NCBI GenBank assembly: GCA_030704615.1
Contig: CM060734.1
Coordinates: forward strand, 36,456,001 to 36,520,000
Reading direction: 5' to 3'
Origin: Takakia lepidozioides
Taxonomy: Eukaryota; Plantae; Bryophyta
DNA length: 64,000 bases
Under the pieces are notes generated by a model, which did not search any database, was not told the origin of the DNA, and saw only the letters and a program-made list of their open reading frames with translations. The position numbers and the translations under genes were made by a program. Shown here in pieces: positions 24,311-38,300 of this stretch; position 1 is the first letter of the stretch, and every line of letters begins with the position of its first letter.

Positions 24311-25201
24311 ATAGTGAATGGTGAATTTTGCCCGAGTTCACCTAACGGATGAGTCGTGGGATTTCATCTGCCCATGCATGTGAGTGGTGAGGACGGTTCC
24401 GCCTCTGGGTCCCACAGGGCTTAATGGATGATCAGCCCGCCCCGCAGCCCTCCCCGCACCCTTACGTGCATTGTATTTGTGTCTCTAGTTTACATCAAAT
24501 TCCTCTCTTTCCGTTGGAGAGAATTAGGCACTTAAGGAGCTCCCAATATACTGGGAAGTTATCGTTTTAGGTAATGGTTGATTCTGAGGTTCTTGTGCAC
24601 ATGATACCGAGAGTTGTCAAAACCAACGAGAAACTATATTTGCATTCTTAAGTTCTTAATTTCTACACACCTGGGAAAAGCTGGTATTGTATGATGGTCA
24701 GTAAAAGTCTGATATTAGGACAATGGTAGACTACTTTTGCAGTAGAAACTAGTATGCACTACACCTAATAACAATTGTGTTAGATATCTTCAGGGAGTTT
24801 GGGAGTTGTTACTAAGCTGTGCAGACTAATGAGACCCAGACAGAGATGGAGGAGGGGCTGAGACAAATGAATCCAAATTTCTGGACTTCAAAATTGAGTG
24901 ACTTCGTTATCTTCAGATCCCAAGCCTTTATTTATGTGTTTGTAAGTTTTTCCCCAAGTTGTGGTGTTGTATAGAAGGAATGCCTAAGAATGTCAAACTA
25001 TTTGAATTTCATTAAGGTGTCCGCATTCCAAAAGAGTGGGCCCTTTCATGGGTGAAAGAGACATCATATAATTTATGCTTGCTTGGGCAGGAGTCCACCC
25101 TGAATTTCCTTACAACAAGTTAGGAAACATAAGTTGGGTGTTCCTTTCACTTTCCTGACTTACTTTTGGAAGGTGGGGGAAGTATAGGAAACTGTTGACT
25201 C

Positions 25202-26667
25202 TCAGGCTGCCGCTGCAACATTTTCATCAGGGGGTTTGGACCCTTCCTCTCTCTTGGCTTTCTTGGCCTGATAATCTTTCACAGCTGCCTTGATTGCGTC
25301 TTCAGCAAGCATGCTGCAGTGCAGTTTCACCGGTGGGAGCGAGAGGTGCTTGGCAATGTCACTGGAATACACCACATGAATTCAGATAAAGAAAAATCTA
25401 ATGTCAACTAATTTTTTTGCAGCCTTGAACGCTTACAGAATTATGGTTCTCATCACTCGTGCATGAAAGTGGGTGCACCTTTTGGAGCTGCAGATCCTCT
25501 CAACTAGTGCAAGATTGGGTAAAATAGATATTAGAACTAGAAGTTGCAAGCTCTAGTTTTTCGAGTGTGAACTAAACTAAAACAATTGCAGATCGCCAGG
25601 AGCTTCTGGAGCATTCTCTTCTAGAAAAGTTAATTATATTCCCACCTAAAAGGTATACAAATCAACAAGTAAGAGGGAGCTGTGCCATAGGCTCAGATTT
25701 TCGCATTCCCTCATTCCCTTTGGAAGTTACTTTTATCTGGTATTTTTTCTTGTTGTTGAGGTTGTAGAGGAATTCCAATGGGAAAAAATTATATATCCTA
25801 TGATGGCAACACATGAAACTATCCGAAAGCTCCTTATGAGAGAACTTAGAAAGTTTGAGACAATCCACCCCTCCAGTCTGGGAACTATTTCTCAATCCTG
25901 GCATATATCATTCATGATCAACAAATCAAAGGGCTTGTCAAAATGGTGTGCAATCAAAGTTGTGACCAACTATGGGTAGTGTTGCAATGTCCAGAACCTT
26001 GTTCCAGCATGAAATCCACCTTTGGGAATGTAAGGTTCGCCTTACCTATTCTTTATCGTTAATACTTCTTCCATTTGCCTCCCCTTTATCCACTCGGTCG
26101 CTGCACGGAATATGAGGTAATTTACTAAGCTGATCATGAGTGCATAGGAGCAAATAATTACATGATCTATCAGGGAAGCACAATTCTTTGAACATCAAGA
26201 TTGTTACACAACTCACACCACACAGTAAATATCTAGAATGTTGTGTCTCTTTAATTTACCTGGCCAAACTACCACTATACATTTGTGTCTTAGGCCGTGA
26301 ATGAGTGATGGGGAAGCTATGAACATGACAGGTGTTTGCCTGTTGGTAAGATGTTTGTGTAGTTACCAACAGAGGATGAAGCAATGGCAGACCCGCACCC
26401 AAAGGTTTTGAAGCAGGAATCTACTATCGTTCCAGTAGCTTCATCCACCTTGATCTGCACCTTCATTACATCCCCACAAGCTGGAGCTCCAACCAACCCT
26501 GTCCCCACGTTCGGATCATCCTTATCAAAGGATCCAACATTGCGAGGATTGTTGAAGTGCTCCACCACCTTTTCGTGATACATTTTTGGCGCCAATGAAA
26601 CACTCCCTTTCTGAAGAGAAACAGTAGTCACCGCTCTTGTCATCCCTCTTCCAAAGAGACTCAACAT
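25202..26667 (-). CDS. ISU1: Mitochondrial Fe-S cluster scaffold IscU/ISU, 3 exons (26667-26367, 26100-26046, 25361-25202), 171 aa
   Basis: YHEKVVEHFNNPRNVGS, GAPACGDVM, FKTFGCGSAIASSS, LPPVKLHCSMLAEDAI; GT-AG introns keep the frame. Confidence 0.95.
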
Positions 26668-27252
26668 CGTTTTTAAAACGCATGGATGCTTGATAAAAAC
26701 GACTTGCGTTGATCAGGACAACCCCCCTTGAAGTACAATCGAACGAGGGAAAGATAACCACTTGGATCTGAGCTTTCCAAGAAAATGTCTAAGCATCTTG
26801 AAAATGGAACCAGTTCGTTGGACAAAATTCCTCAAATACACTCATACACAACCCATCAAGGTGACCCGACGCTCATCTGGACGCAATCAATCTACGACAA
26901 GAATCCCCCTAACACTGAAGATATTTTCTTAAAAAAGGGAGAGAATTTGGAGGTCACAAATTCATATGCTCTTGAAGCTGCAACCTCTTGATAAAATTGA
27001 ACCAACTTCTATCATGAAACTTCAAATTAGAAGTTCCAAAACAAATTAAAGAAAGCTAAGAAACCAAATTTAAGATCCCACTACAACCCCAAAATCCTAA
27101 AGAAACTAACGCAATCAAATGACCTCAATTCCACACTCTACATAGGTTTGGTGTGTGATTTCTACTAGAGAAGAAAAGATTAAATCCATGACTACCACCC
27201 TATCTGATGTCGGTTGAAGCCATCAACGGATGTGTTGTTTCAAATTTGAACC

Positions 27253-28381
27253 TGTTGGAAGTCACCCTCTTAGACAAAGAGTTGTGATCCTTGTGACTTA
27301 GACCTATTGGTTGTATCAATAGTCACAACTGTTCATATGTCTTAAAGTGAGCACACGCTCATTATTGTAACATCTTCTTCATTATCAATTACAAGTCACT
27401 CTCTTTAGAACTCCATAAATTTAACATGGTATCAGAGCTAGTGCTCAAATGTTCCATAGAGATCTAATGAAAGTCAACTTAAGATTGTCATGCTAGTATT
27501 GTAATATTAGTAGATATGATAGTATTACAACTATAAAAGAAGATCTGTCTTCATGATCTAAAAATATATTATATATAAAATCAAACTTTGCATCAATATA
27601 GTATACTATGCTGAACAAATTATTCTTAGGCAAAGAAGCCCACGAAGGAATATTCATGGTGAACAACATGCAAATGAGTCATAGAGACAATTGAATCTAA
27701 TGGTCATTTCGTGCATATTGAAGTGTCATTCAAGCATGTAACAATTTACGTTGTTAACGATGCTTGGAGTTCCAACAAATTTGTTTCAGAACCTTCATAG
27801 AGTTATGTCATGCGACAATAACTTAAAGAAGACATATAAGGTGTCATCCCAACAGCACCACTATTGGTGCATTTGAACTTCAAATGAGCAATTTCTCCAA
27901 CGAGAACTTCTATTTGAAAATCAGACTATCTTTAAAATGATAGCAAGCTGGTCATGACGACAACTTCCACTTTGACGTGAACGAAGTCTCAGTTTGACCA
28001 ACGGAAATGGAGCACATGCTAGAGGACGTTGGCCAACGCCAACAACTCTATATATCTCATTTAACCAAAGATTAAAATTATGTGAATATGCTTTAATAGC
28101 ATTGTTGGACAAAAATAGGACCTTCATAATTTACACTCTTGAATGTTTTCATTGAGGGAAGGTGTTGGAAATCAATTCTAACATTCAACATGTCATATGG
28201 TGAATCTTGAAGGGACACAACTCTTAAACAAAGAGTTGTGATCCATGTGACTTAGACCTATTGGTTGTATCAATAGTCACAACTGATCATATGTCTTAAA
28301 GTGAGCACACGCTCACTATTGTAAACATCTTTTTCATTATCAATTACAAGTCACTCTCTTTAGAACTCCATAAATTTAACA
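27253..28381 (+). mobile_element. Small non-autonomous LTR element (TRIM-like, Copia-type)
   Basis: LTRs 27253-27426 and 28163-28381 (TGTTGGAA...TTAACA), PBS TGGTATCAGAGC 27427-27438, PPT GAGGGAAGG; no clean TSD. Confidence 0.85.
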
Positions 28382-30169
28382 CCGTTGTGCAACAACGATG
28401 GATGGAACTCCTAGTTTTCCTCCTCAAGTGATTTGAGCTCAATTGATGTGTTGATCGCATCAGAGCGGATTTCGCTCTAGGTATGCCAAGTCCATACGTC
28501 CATACGGTAGATCAGAGAATTGACATTTGGTAGCTCAGCCTCCCATGGCACTGTTGGGCAACCAAAGTCATAGGAGAAAATTAGAAATCAGGACTTACAC
28601 CTTGTAATAATTGACTCTTAGGGCTTCAACGTCACATGCAGAGGTCTAGCAGATTTCGGAGACCTCTAGCCTTCAAAGATCTGCTCGCTTCTTGTAGTAG
28701 AATGTGGAAGAGAATCCTGGCAGTCCGTTCACAATCATAGCTACAGATTGGCTTGAATTTCATGCATGTCCGCAAAAACTAGAAGTTCTCTGAAGCGAGG
28801 ATTAAAACAATCATGCAAACATTGCAAGAAATGTGAAACTGTGAGTGCGGACTGGTAAAATGAAAGCACAGACCACACTCAGACGTCCACAAGGTACGCA
28901 CATCGAACACCTTAGTATCCTTTTGCCTTATGCTACTTCTGCCGTCCTCTCCGAGTCTCTATCCATTATTAATGTGACGGCGCCTCCTTATCCGCCCTTA
29001 GTTATTGCCCATGTGATATAGTTAACCCTTAAGGGACGAGACTTGTTTTTGGATTTTGGGACAAAACCGGGACCCACCCTCACACGTCAGCCTGTAGCTG
29101 CCTACCCCTGTTCATCCACGTGGATATACCGTACAAAGATACCTACCTACCAGATGCACAAGCACCCCAAATTTGGGGAGATTCCACCGTTTAGTTTGGG
29201 AGATTATAACAATTGAAAATAGTGCATGTTTTTTAAAATAAAATAAAATAAACCTTGAGTTGCATCCGGGTGGCTGTCAGAGACAAATCCAAATCTCCAG
29301 ACTACATACACTAAGAGCGCACTTCGGAGGTCCTTTCGATTCAGGAAATCTTGTGTCATGGCAGTTGGCTTTCTTTCACCCAATGAGGATTCGACTGGTT
29401 GAATGGGATGATATCATAGTGCGGGTTTACTTGTGATTTGGATGGTGGAAGCTTGAAGGTGAAACTGAGTAGATTGATATAAACTATGAAAGTAAGTCAA
29501 TAAGCCACCTGCAGCTGGTGATCTAATAGATAATCGAACAAGTGTAGAGAGAAAACTTAAGTACCTAAGAAGAAGCCTCCAGAAGAAAAGGAGAAACTAG
29601 ACCCAGCTATGTTTGTCACGTATTAACCCCTAAACGACAAAGCGACCCGAATCGGGTTCTAGTCGGGCACCAGATCCACCTCCCTTGGATGTGAGTGAAT
29701 GGAGGTAGGTCCCTAAAGATAAAGTGAGGGGGTTAAGGAAAAGCACACGTGCAAATTTAAAGCACCCTAAAATATTAAAAGCTGTGCTTCTTAGAATTTT
29801 TCAAAGTGCAAATTCAGCGTTGACTTGCCTACATGGCAGGCCAAATGAGGAATTTTGAAAACAACATCTAAGGCTCAGATTTTATCAAAAGGCCAAATTT
29901 TTTGACAAGGCACTATGTAATGTTAGTGTGCACTTACTTACTAGACGAATTAGAAAAAAGAAATCATGTCATGGCTCTACTTGGGTAAGAAGCCAAATTT
30001 ATCCCCCGGATTTCACATACAAAGCACCCCCCCAAATTTTTGGCAGATGCACCTGAAATTTGGTGTGAGGGTTTGGGATGCAGCACTACACTAGAATGGG
30101 GCACTTTTTTTCCCAGCAAAAATTTGCAACATTGATTTTTTTTTCTTGGTCAAACATGTACCTCATGTA

Positions 30170-30670
30170 CATAGAGGTTTTCCCTGTGTGCAATAAATTT
30201 CTGCCTTCCAAGGGGTTTTGTAAATATGTCTGCGATTTGTTCGTATGAAGGAATGAACTCCAGATTTATGCTTCCTCCTTCAATCTGTTCTCTCACAAAG
30301 TGATAATGGACGGCAAAGACGTGCTTTAGTCCGACTATGAAAGACTGGATTTATAGTTAGCTTGATTATGCCTTCATTGTCACAGAAGATAGGAAAAGAA
30401 TCCCCCTCTTGAACTCCAATTCTTGCAGTAGCATCTGCAACCAAATGTCTTCCCTGCTACCATATGATAGGGACCTATATTCTGCTTCACATGAAGATAT
30501 AGAGACCGTAGGCTGTCTTTTGCTACACCGTGACATTGGAGAGGTCCCCAAAGTAAATGCATATCCACCAGTAGATCTCATTGTCTCTTCATCCCCAGCA
30601 TGATCAGCATCAGTAAATCCTTTCAAGCTATTTTCATCCCCTCTCCTGTATAGAAGATAATGGAGCCATT
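30170..30670 (-). pseudogene. Copia RT/RNase H remnant
   Basis: GFTDADHAGD...RSTGGY...SSCEAEY and ADIFTKPL. Confidence 0.85.
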
Positions 30671-31211
30671 TGATCAACCAAATCTTCATGTACTGTAGTA
30701 AAAAGGGTCGATGCATGATTTGCCCTCATGGCCTTTGCTTGGAAACTCATATGGAATGCTTTCAAAATGTCATATCGTCCCCAACGTCTTGTTATCATGT
30801 CTTTCTCAGCTTATAACTTGCTCCAAGCTTGAAACAACCATATTATCACATTTTCACGCAAAATATCAATTGAGATATCAAGATTTATACCTGCAAAATC
30901 AACACCTACTTCCAACTGCCTTTAAATCTAACTTGTTGACCAATTCTTGAACAAAAGAAACAAATGCATTACTTAAAGATCGTTAAAGAATTATATCTAC
31001 AAGTTGTAACTTTGAGGTGTAGCAATTTGCCTGCATATAAATGATACATATCTCTGGATTTTAGTTTCATTCACTCCCTAAACTCAATATATTTATGAAT
31101 ACTCCAATAATATATGAGTCACATCATCTTTTCATTATTCCTCTCCGTACTCGATAGAGCTTTTTTTATTATCTCTCTTTTCATATAGGGTACTAAAATG
31201 GCATTAACAAA

Positions 31212-31460
31212 CTATTGACAAGTTTCAAGTGTTGACCAATGGTTATCAGACAAAGTCCAATTAAAACCAACCTTCAATGAATCAGAAACAACAATGGATA
31301 TATGTAGGAAACGAGAGGTTTTAAAAAAAAAAAAACTATCTGCAATTATTGTTTTATCTACAGTTGATGAAACACAAATAGTTACCGCTATTTTATCCTC
31401 CAATCCAATCTGACCAACATCTTTAGAATCCTTTAGTGTCCATGTCATTTCTCCGCTATA
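31212..31460 (-). pseudogene. Possible pogo/DDE_1 transposase remnant
   Basis: TWTLKDSKDV..IGLEDK...T...S...SDNHWSTLET resembles DDE_1-family segments. Confidence 0.45.
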
Positions 31461-31591
31461 GATACAAAGTGGATCCACATTAAAACAACATATAGACACA
31501 CAAAACTTAATGTAAACCTAAACATATGACATATACAATAAATATATGAGGCCATAATATTTTATAGATGTAAATATATTGAAGGACCACT

Positions 31592-33480
31592 TTATAAGCA
31601 TAGGATTTGATCAAGAGTAAGGGCCTTAGTGAGAATGTCTGCAACTTGCTCATTGGTAGTGATGTACTTTAGGTCGATGAGTTTCCTCTGCTGAAAATCA
31701 CGAATGACATGATATTGAATGTTAATGTGTTTTGTACGCATGTGGAACTCCGGATTGAAAACTAACCGGATAGCACTCTGGTTGTCTCCAAAGACGTTTG
31801 TAGGTGTGGTTCGACGAAAACCTATCTCAAACAATAATCTCCGAAGCCATACGAACTCTTTTCCTGTCAATGCAACAACTATGTTTTCAGCTTTAGTCGT
31901 GGAGCTAGCAACGCACTGCTGCTTGCAACTGACCCAAGTTACCAGTCCTCCATTCAGAAAAAAAACGCATCCACTTCTTGATTTTCTGTCATTGATATTT
32001 CCGGCATGGTCAACGTCTGCATAAGCTATCAAGGTATTTGTCCGTGTTCCTGCAGTATAACACAGTTTGTACCCTTGAGGTACTTCATTGTGCGACGAAT
32101 TGTATTGCAGTGAGTCACCTTTAGAGCTGTTGAGAACTTTGCCACTGTTTCTACAGCAAAAGCAATGTCAGGTTTCGACCCCATCATCGCAAACATAATG
32201 TGTCCGACAGTTTCAAGGTATGGAAAATTGGGATCATCTGTATCGTCAACATTTCCAACCTGCAGGTGAACATTTGGATCCGTTGGCGTGGAAACAACAT
32301 GTGAATCAGCAAAACCAAATTTCAGCAAGATGCGAAGTATATATTGCGTCTGGTCAATATAGATGGTTCCCTGACATATAAATCTCTGCTTGTGCGAAGT
32401 CCGACATAACAGTCAGCAGGTCCCGCTGTCACTTCAAACATGGTACCCGGGGAAGTCACTTCCAAAAATGTCCAACCGACGTGCAAAAAAATATAGGGTG
32501 CAATTTATTCAGAAAAGATAAAAATTAGAAAACATTTAAAAATAATAAAGAGTACATTATATTGTGATCAGGGAATAATTTAAATTAATATAAGGTCTAA
32601 AATAATGATTCATTTTTATAAAAAAATTAAAGTTACTATAGGGTTGAGATAATACCTATGAAGAATTCCAAAAATATATACATGTTCTTAGGGGAAGGAT
32701 ATAGATATTTGTACGTAGCTTACTGATAAAATGGTGGCTAGGTAGGATTCAAAAAAGGAGAAGGAAGACATGGAGCAGGTGGGGGATATCGCGACAGCCT
32801 ATTAATCTCCTAAATAGACCAACCACACCAGTTATGGTAAACTACTTCTCAAAATCTAGATGACAATTTAAATTCAAATATAATCATACCGATAACAAGT
32901 GAGTAGATGTATACTCAATTATTAGTTCAGTCACTATGACATTCGATAGAGCGTAAAACGTTTATACTTTGAATGCTGATGATGTGAATGCTTTAAATGA
33001 ATTTATTTCAACCAAATAATAAATTCATTTGTCTTGTAAAAGAAAAATATTGTATTATTAATATAGGCTGTCTAATATTTGTTTGAAACAAAAACTTATA
33101 ATTAAAATAGCATGCCCAAAATTCACCATATTACAAAATTATGTAATTATAGGGTACTAAAAAAATCCAAATTAAAAGTAATACCCCTCTACAAAATACC
33201 CATTTATCTCACGTGCCCTATACAAGTGATAGGGAGTGACTTCCCCGGGACATGGTATTGAGATGGGTAACAACTTGTGTGAGTTTCTGTGTATCTGTAC
33301 ATCCTCCTATCATGAACGGGTCATCAACAAAGATGGCCACTATGAGAGTAGATTTGGTCTCGTTCACATAAACACAAGGATCGGCAATGGTAGCGTTTAA
33401 CTCATATCGCATCAAGAATTGATTGAACTTTGAGTTCCAAGCTCTTGAAGCCTGTTTCAAGCCATAGAGCACAAGGCAGG
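31592..33480 (-). pseudogene. Copia RT-RNase H remnant split by a MITE
   Basis: LYGLKQASRAW, IFVDD, YADVDHAG, HMRTKHI, ADILTK; removing the MITE restores HLNTMFEVTAGPADCYVGL. Confidence 0.9.
32446..33249. mobile_element. 804-bp AT-rich MITE with 8-bp TSD
   Basis: TIR CCCGGGGAAGTCACT / AGTGACTTCCCCGGG; TSD ACATGGTA at 32438-32445 and 33250-33257. Confidence 0.9.
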
Positions 33481-36036
33481 TGTCAGACTCTATACATCGT
33501 GTTACCACTTAGCAGAGTCATGTGTTTTTAATAAACAGTCGCTACCCCCTGGTATGTGCCGCCGACATTTCTCTCTTTATTAACAGCAATTTTTTTTTTT
33601 GAAAAAAATCAATTAGGTTTTTTGATAATTAGACACACACATGAAGATATTGATGGATTTTTCAGTTATCTTTCGAAAAAGTTGAAGGAAAGCAGTATAT
33701 ATATATATTTACGGATTTAATGAAATATTTTATAATTTCTCAAGTGCACATTAGTGTCCACTGAAGCCAAACATCCCATTCCCAATATAGCATCGTGTCT
33801 TACATATGTCCTACTACTGCACATAAAAAGCTACCAAATATTTGGGAGGTACAAGAGAACATGATGACATATCGTATAACATACTCGATAAAATGCTATA
33901 ATATCTTATCAAGTTTGGTGGTGAACACTGATGAAACACGTATTAAATAGAATCTTTTAATGTAGTGAGCAATCTCAATTATACAATGATGTGATAGATG
34001 TTGTTTGGATGATACTATGATGGTGAGTATCTGCCAATGTCTTGGAGATATAGAGAAATTTGCCTGTTTTCGTCATATACTGAGCCTTGTAGGTTGATCA
34101 ATGAGTGGGAAAAAGAGTCGATTTCATTGAATCTCCACTACTACATTGAGTGGGAGTATTGAAATTCACTGTGTAGTCAATCCAATGAAATACATTGGTC
34201 TAGATGAGTAGGACATGCCAGGTCATTTCATCCCGATCGGTGGCGTTCCATCTTCAGGTCTTTTTGAATTTGTTAGTTCCTGCTTTTACTTTCGCTGGTT
34301 AGCTGCAAGTTAGTGTGACTGGATGCTTCATCGTCCCCATGGAGTATATCTCCTTGTAATAGATGTTCTTGCTGGCTTTTGTAATGTCCAGTATTCATAT
34401 GCTACACTGCAATGAAGACTTTCTTGATGTGTGCATATTACCGTTTTAGTCTAATTTCAACAGTACAGTCACCCCACTTAGGTCTTTTTATAAAGCTATG
34501 TTTCTCCTTGCAATCTTTTGGACTGATAGAGTTTTCAGGGTTTCACATGTTTGATGCATCTTTTAAATGAGCCTTGTTAGTCCAGCCCAATCAGTGATCT
34601 TTGAACCTTCCCCAAGAAGTAGGTCCACCCCTAGTCTCAGTACTGTCTTTTTCTATTCAAACCCAGAACCATCCATCAAGTTGCAGACATGACTTTGCAG
34701 AAATTCAAAACATCAGCAATATTATTCGATGGGTGGGAGTGTTGGAAATGACATCTCAAATCTGCTGGTATTTTGTACATTGTACATTATGTACAGTGAC
34801 AAAATTAGGCTAAGAAGTAGTTAGCTGCCACATCTTTTGGCAAACCTTATGCAGATTCATGTGCGCCACTACATGACGCATTTCTTTTTTGCCATTATGA
34901 TCAATGTACCGGGATTGCCCCATCCTATATATTTAAAAAGTATGTGCTACAATAAGAATAACAGCAGCAGAAAGCATAGCTCTATTTCCTCCATAATCTA
35001 ACTCTCTTGTTTCAGTTCTTCCCGACCTTGATTTGAGTTTGCGACCTTTCTAACATTTATCCCCGGCTAAACTGAATGACACTTCTCTAATAAAAGAGCA
35101 TTGCTTTCTGGTAGTGTATGAAGTGAAAGTGATGAAGTGATGATTTTAGACCAAATGTTGCTCTGATATGCCCATAATTATAGTCTAATTACTTCTATAT
35201 TGTATACCCATCATTGCAGAACCCATATCCCAATGAAACCTGAGGAAGATCGGCCATTGAAAGACATATAATATTCACACTTCCCTTCCCTCCAACCAAC
35301 GGGGAGAACCGGCAGCCAGTTACATGCTAGCCGAGTGCCATCCTGGAATTTTCGAGTATGACATGAAACCTCCGGATAAGGAACCGACAAAAAAAATGGC
35401 CCAAGAGGAAATCATCCGAGTGCCTTGCTGTTAGGACGGATTTTTGTCTTTCCGTATCAGGAAATGCCGGAAATATGCCTTAGTTGGCAAAGCCTGGACG
35501 GATTCCAGCCGTTCTCATCTTCTAGGAAAATGGAAAATGGTCGTTGAATGCTGCCACGTGGTGGAAATCCAGCATGCCAAGGCCCAGGCCTGGTTATATC
35601 CAATGGACAGAGTTAGGGTGGTTGGGGGCAAACCCTAGAGGAGACTTTAGTCAGGAGAGAAGAAGTTGCTCGCAGCTCCAGCCTCCCGCAGGCCCACGCA
35701 CGTTTTCAGCCTTGCACTAGTTCCTTGCTAAGTCCACAGCTCACCTGCCCGAGCCCGCACTTACCACTGGCTGTATGCTGATGTGCTGCCGATGCTCCCG
35801 CCATCCCACGCCTGCTTGCACTCGATGCGTGCTACCACAACTTAAGGCCAATGCCCCAGCCGCAGCCACACTCATCGCGTGGGCCCCGCACTTCTGCTTA
35901 GGGGGAGTTCCTTCATTTTGGCGGCCCTATAGGCCTTTCTTTATTGCAATTTATGTGCTCAGCCCCTTTGGTGATCGCTGGCCCTTCCTTGTTGCAATTT
36001 CCATGCTATATATTTGTATTTTGTAAGGTCTTGGCT

Positions 36037-38300
36037 ATGGCCAAACGCCAAAGGAATCTAAGAACTATGTTATTTAGGGCTGGTCGCACTGGTTATTGTG
36101 ATGAGGAATCTCCTTCTGCTGTCCCCTCTGCCTCATCTTCAAGTGGTATGGACAAGCCATCTAATAGTGTAGAGGCAGCCCAGAAAGCATGGAAAGATGC
36201 TTGGTATACTCAGTTTGATTGGATTGAGTTTAACCATGATCTAGGTAGGGTTTTTTGTAAAGTTTGTAGAGAGAAAGGAGGGAGGACAATCTTTGCAAAT
36301 GCTGGTTCTGTCAATGTCAAGGTGAGTTCATTCCAAGACCATGCTAGGTCAGAAGAGCATCGTAAGTTGTCTTGGGCCCTACAATCTGGTAAGAAAGCCA
36401 TGGAGAAAGCCATAGCTAGTGCTAACCGAGCTTTGTGATGATGTTGTTTTGCCTCTTTTCCAAGCTACTTACTACATTGGTTTGGAGGCCTTGCCCATTA
36501 GCAAATTTCCAGGTTTGTGTCAACTTTTGGTTACTCTCAAAGCTTGTATTACTCAGAAACTGTATCATGATGAGAAGTCATGTGCTGATATATTGTTTTT
36601 TATCTCATGTGTTGTTCAGAAGAAGGTGTTGGATAGAGTGAAGGATTCCAAGTACTATGGATTCATGATAGATGAGTCAATTGACATTTTAGTGACCGGT
36701 CATCTTGTTGTTTTTGCTTCTTTTGTTGAAGAGGGTTTGCCAGTCACTCTGTTTTTGGGGTTACTTCAGATTATTATGGCAAGAAGGATGCCGCAATGAT
36801 ATATGAGTGTTTACTAACTGGTTTGAAAGAGTGGGGTTTGGATCTAGATAAGTTTTTGGGGTTTGGTTCGGATGGGGCAGCAACCATGGTGGGGGCTCGA
36901 TCCGGCGTGGCTGCTCGTCTTAAGCAAAATGTAAACCCCTTCATGTTGGCCGTCCATTGCGTAGCACATAGGACCAACTTGGCAGCATTAGAAGCTGCCA
37001 AGACATCACCATGTGATCTTATTTCGAGTGAGGATGACATACTTTCGAACTCTCTTGCTGGTCATTTTCGCAAATCATCTAAGCGTAAGGCAGCCTTGCA
37101 AGCTTTGCAGACCGAGCTTAATGATCCTCAGAAGTGCCTCAAAAGGTTTCACAAGATTCGTTGGTTATCTAGGTGGCAAGCCGTGACATCACTTTGTGAT
37201 AGTCTTGAGAATGTTCTCACGTATTTTAGAGATGTGTCGGCTGCCAAAGATGATGGGTCAGCCCCTCTTTTATATAACAAGCTAAGGTCATTCAAAATGA
37301 TTTATGTCTTGTATTTTTTGGCTAATATTTTGCACGGTCTATCTCTACTCTCACGTGTGTTCCAATGGAAGTTTGTGGATGTAACCAGCATTGGGTCCAT
37401 AGTTAAGATAGAGATTGCACAAATACAGATGTTTTTCATTAAGGATAGCACGGATTTGAACCAATCCACCTTCAATGAGGAAATGGGTTATCACATCATC
37501 TCGGAGTTTGGTCCTCCTGGTGGGTATTTGAGGCGGCTAGCCTCTGAGATTAGGGGATCCAAATTTCATGGTGTACAAATGACACGAGAGAGGATGGGGG
37601 GTGATTTGGAGGCAGCACTAACCTTCCAAAAGCTTTATGCAGAGGCTGTTTGCAATGCTTTGGATGCCATATTTGAGGACAACGTAGTTGTAAGTGCATT
37701 CAAAATATTGAGTCCATGTAACCTACCGACTAGGCAAGTGGGGTTAGCAAGTTGGGGTGTAGTAGAGTTGGAAATATTATGTGCGCACTATGGTGTGGAG
37801 AGGCCGATTGCAGGAAGGATATTGCCTGCCCTTATTGACATAGCAGCGGTGAAAAAGAGTTCTTTGCTTTCAAACTAAAGGTAAGTACCGAGTGGATGGA
37901 GAAAAATTTCAAGGATCTTTGGGGCATGGTGACTTGGAACCCTTCTTTAACGGTGAAGTATGAAAACTTGCTTGTGCTTTCTGAAATTGCTCGAGTTCAA
38001 TGTGTAAGCACTGCCGCATGTGAGAGGGCATTCTCAGTTCAAAACTCAATCAAAACTAAATTTCGAAACAAGTTGAAAACAAAGAACTTGGAAAGTGTGC
38101 TTCATGTTGCTTTGGAAGGGCCAGGTGTGCAGGCATGTCAACCTGTTTTGATTGAGGCCATATCTTTGTGGAAGAACTCCACAAAGTTCAGACATTTGTT
38201 CTCTCATCCTGAGCTATATTTAGCTGGACAGCCAGTAGCTGGACAACCAGAAGGTGGACCATCAAATGTAGAAGGTACCAATGATGATTTGCAGTTTTGA
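36037..38300 (+). pseudogene. hAT transposase (ZNF862/DUF4371-like), frameshifted; element ends roughly 35300-38780
   Basis: FDWIEF...VFCKVC zinc finger, IDES.D, GFGSDGAATMVG, HCVAHRTNL, IRWLSR, STAACERAFS dimerisation motif. Confidence 0.9.
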
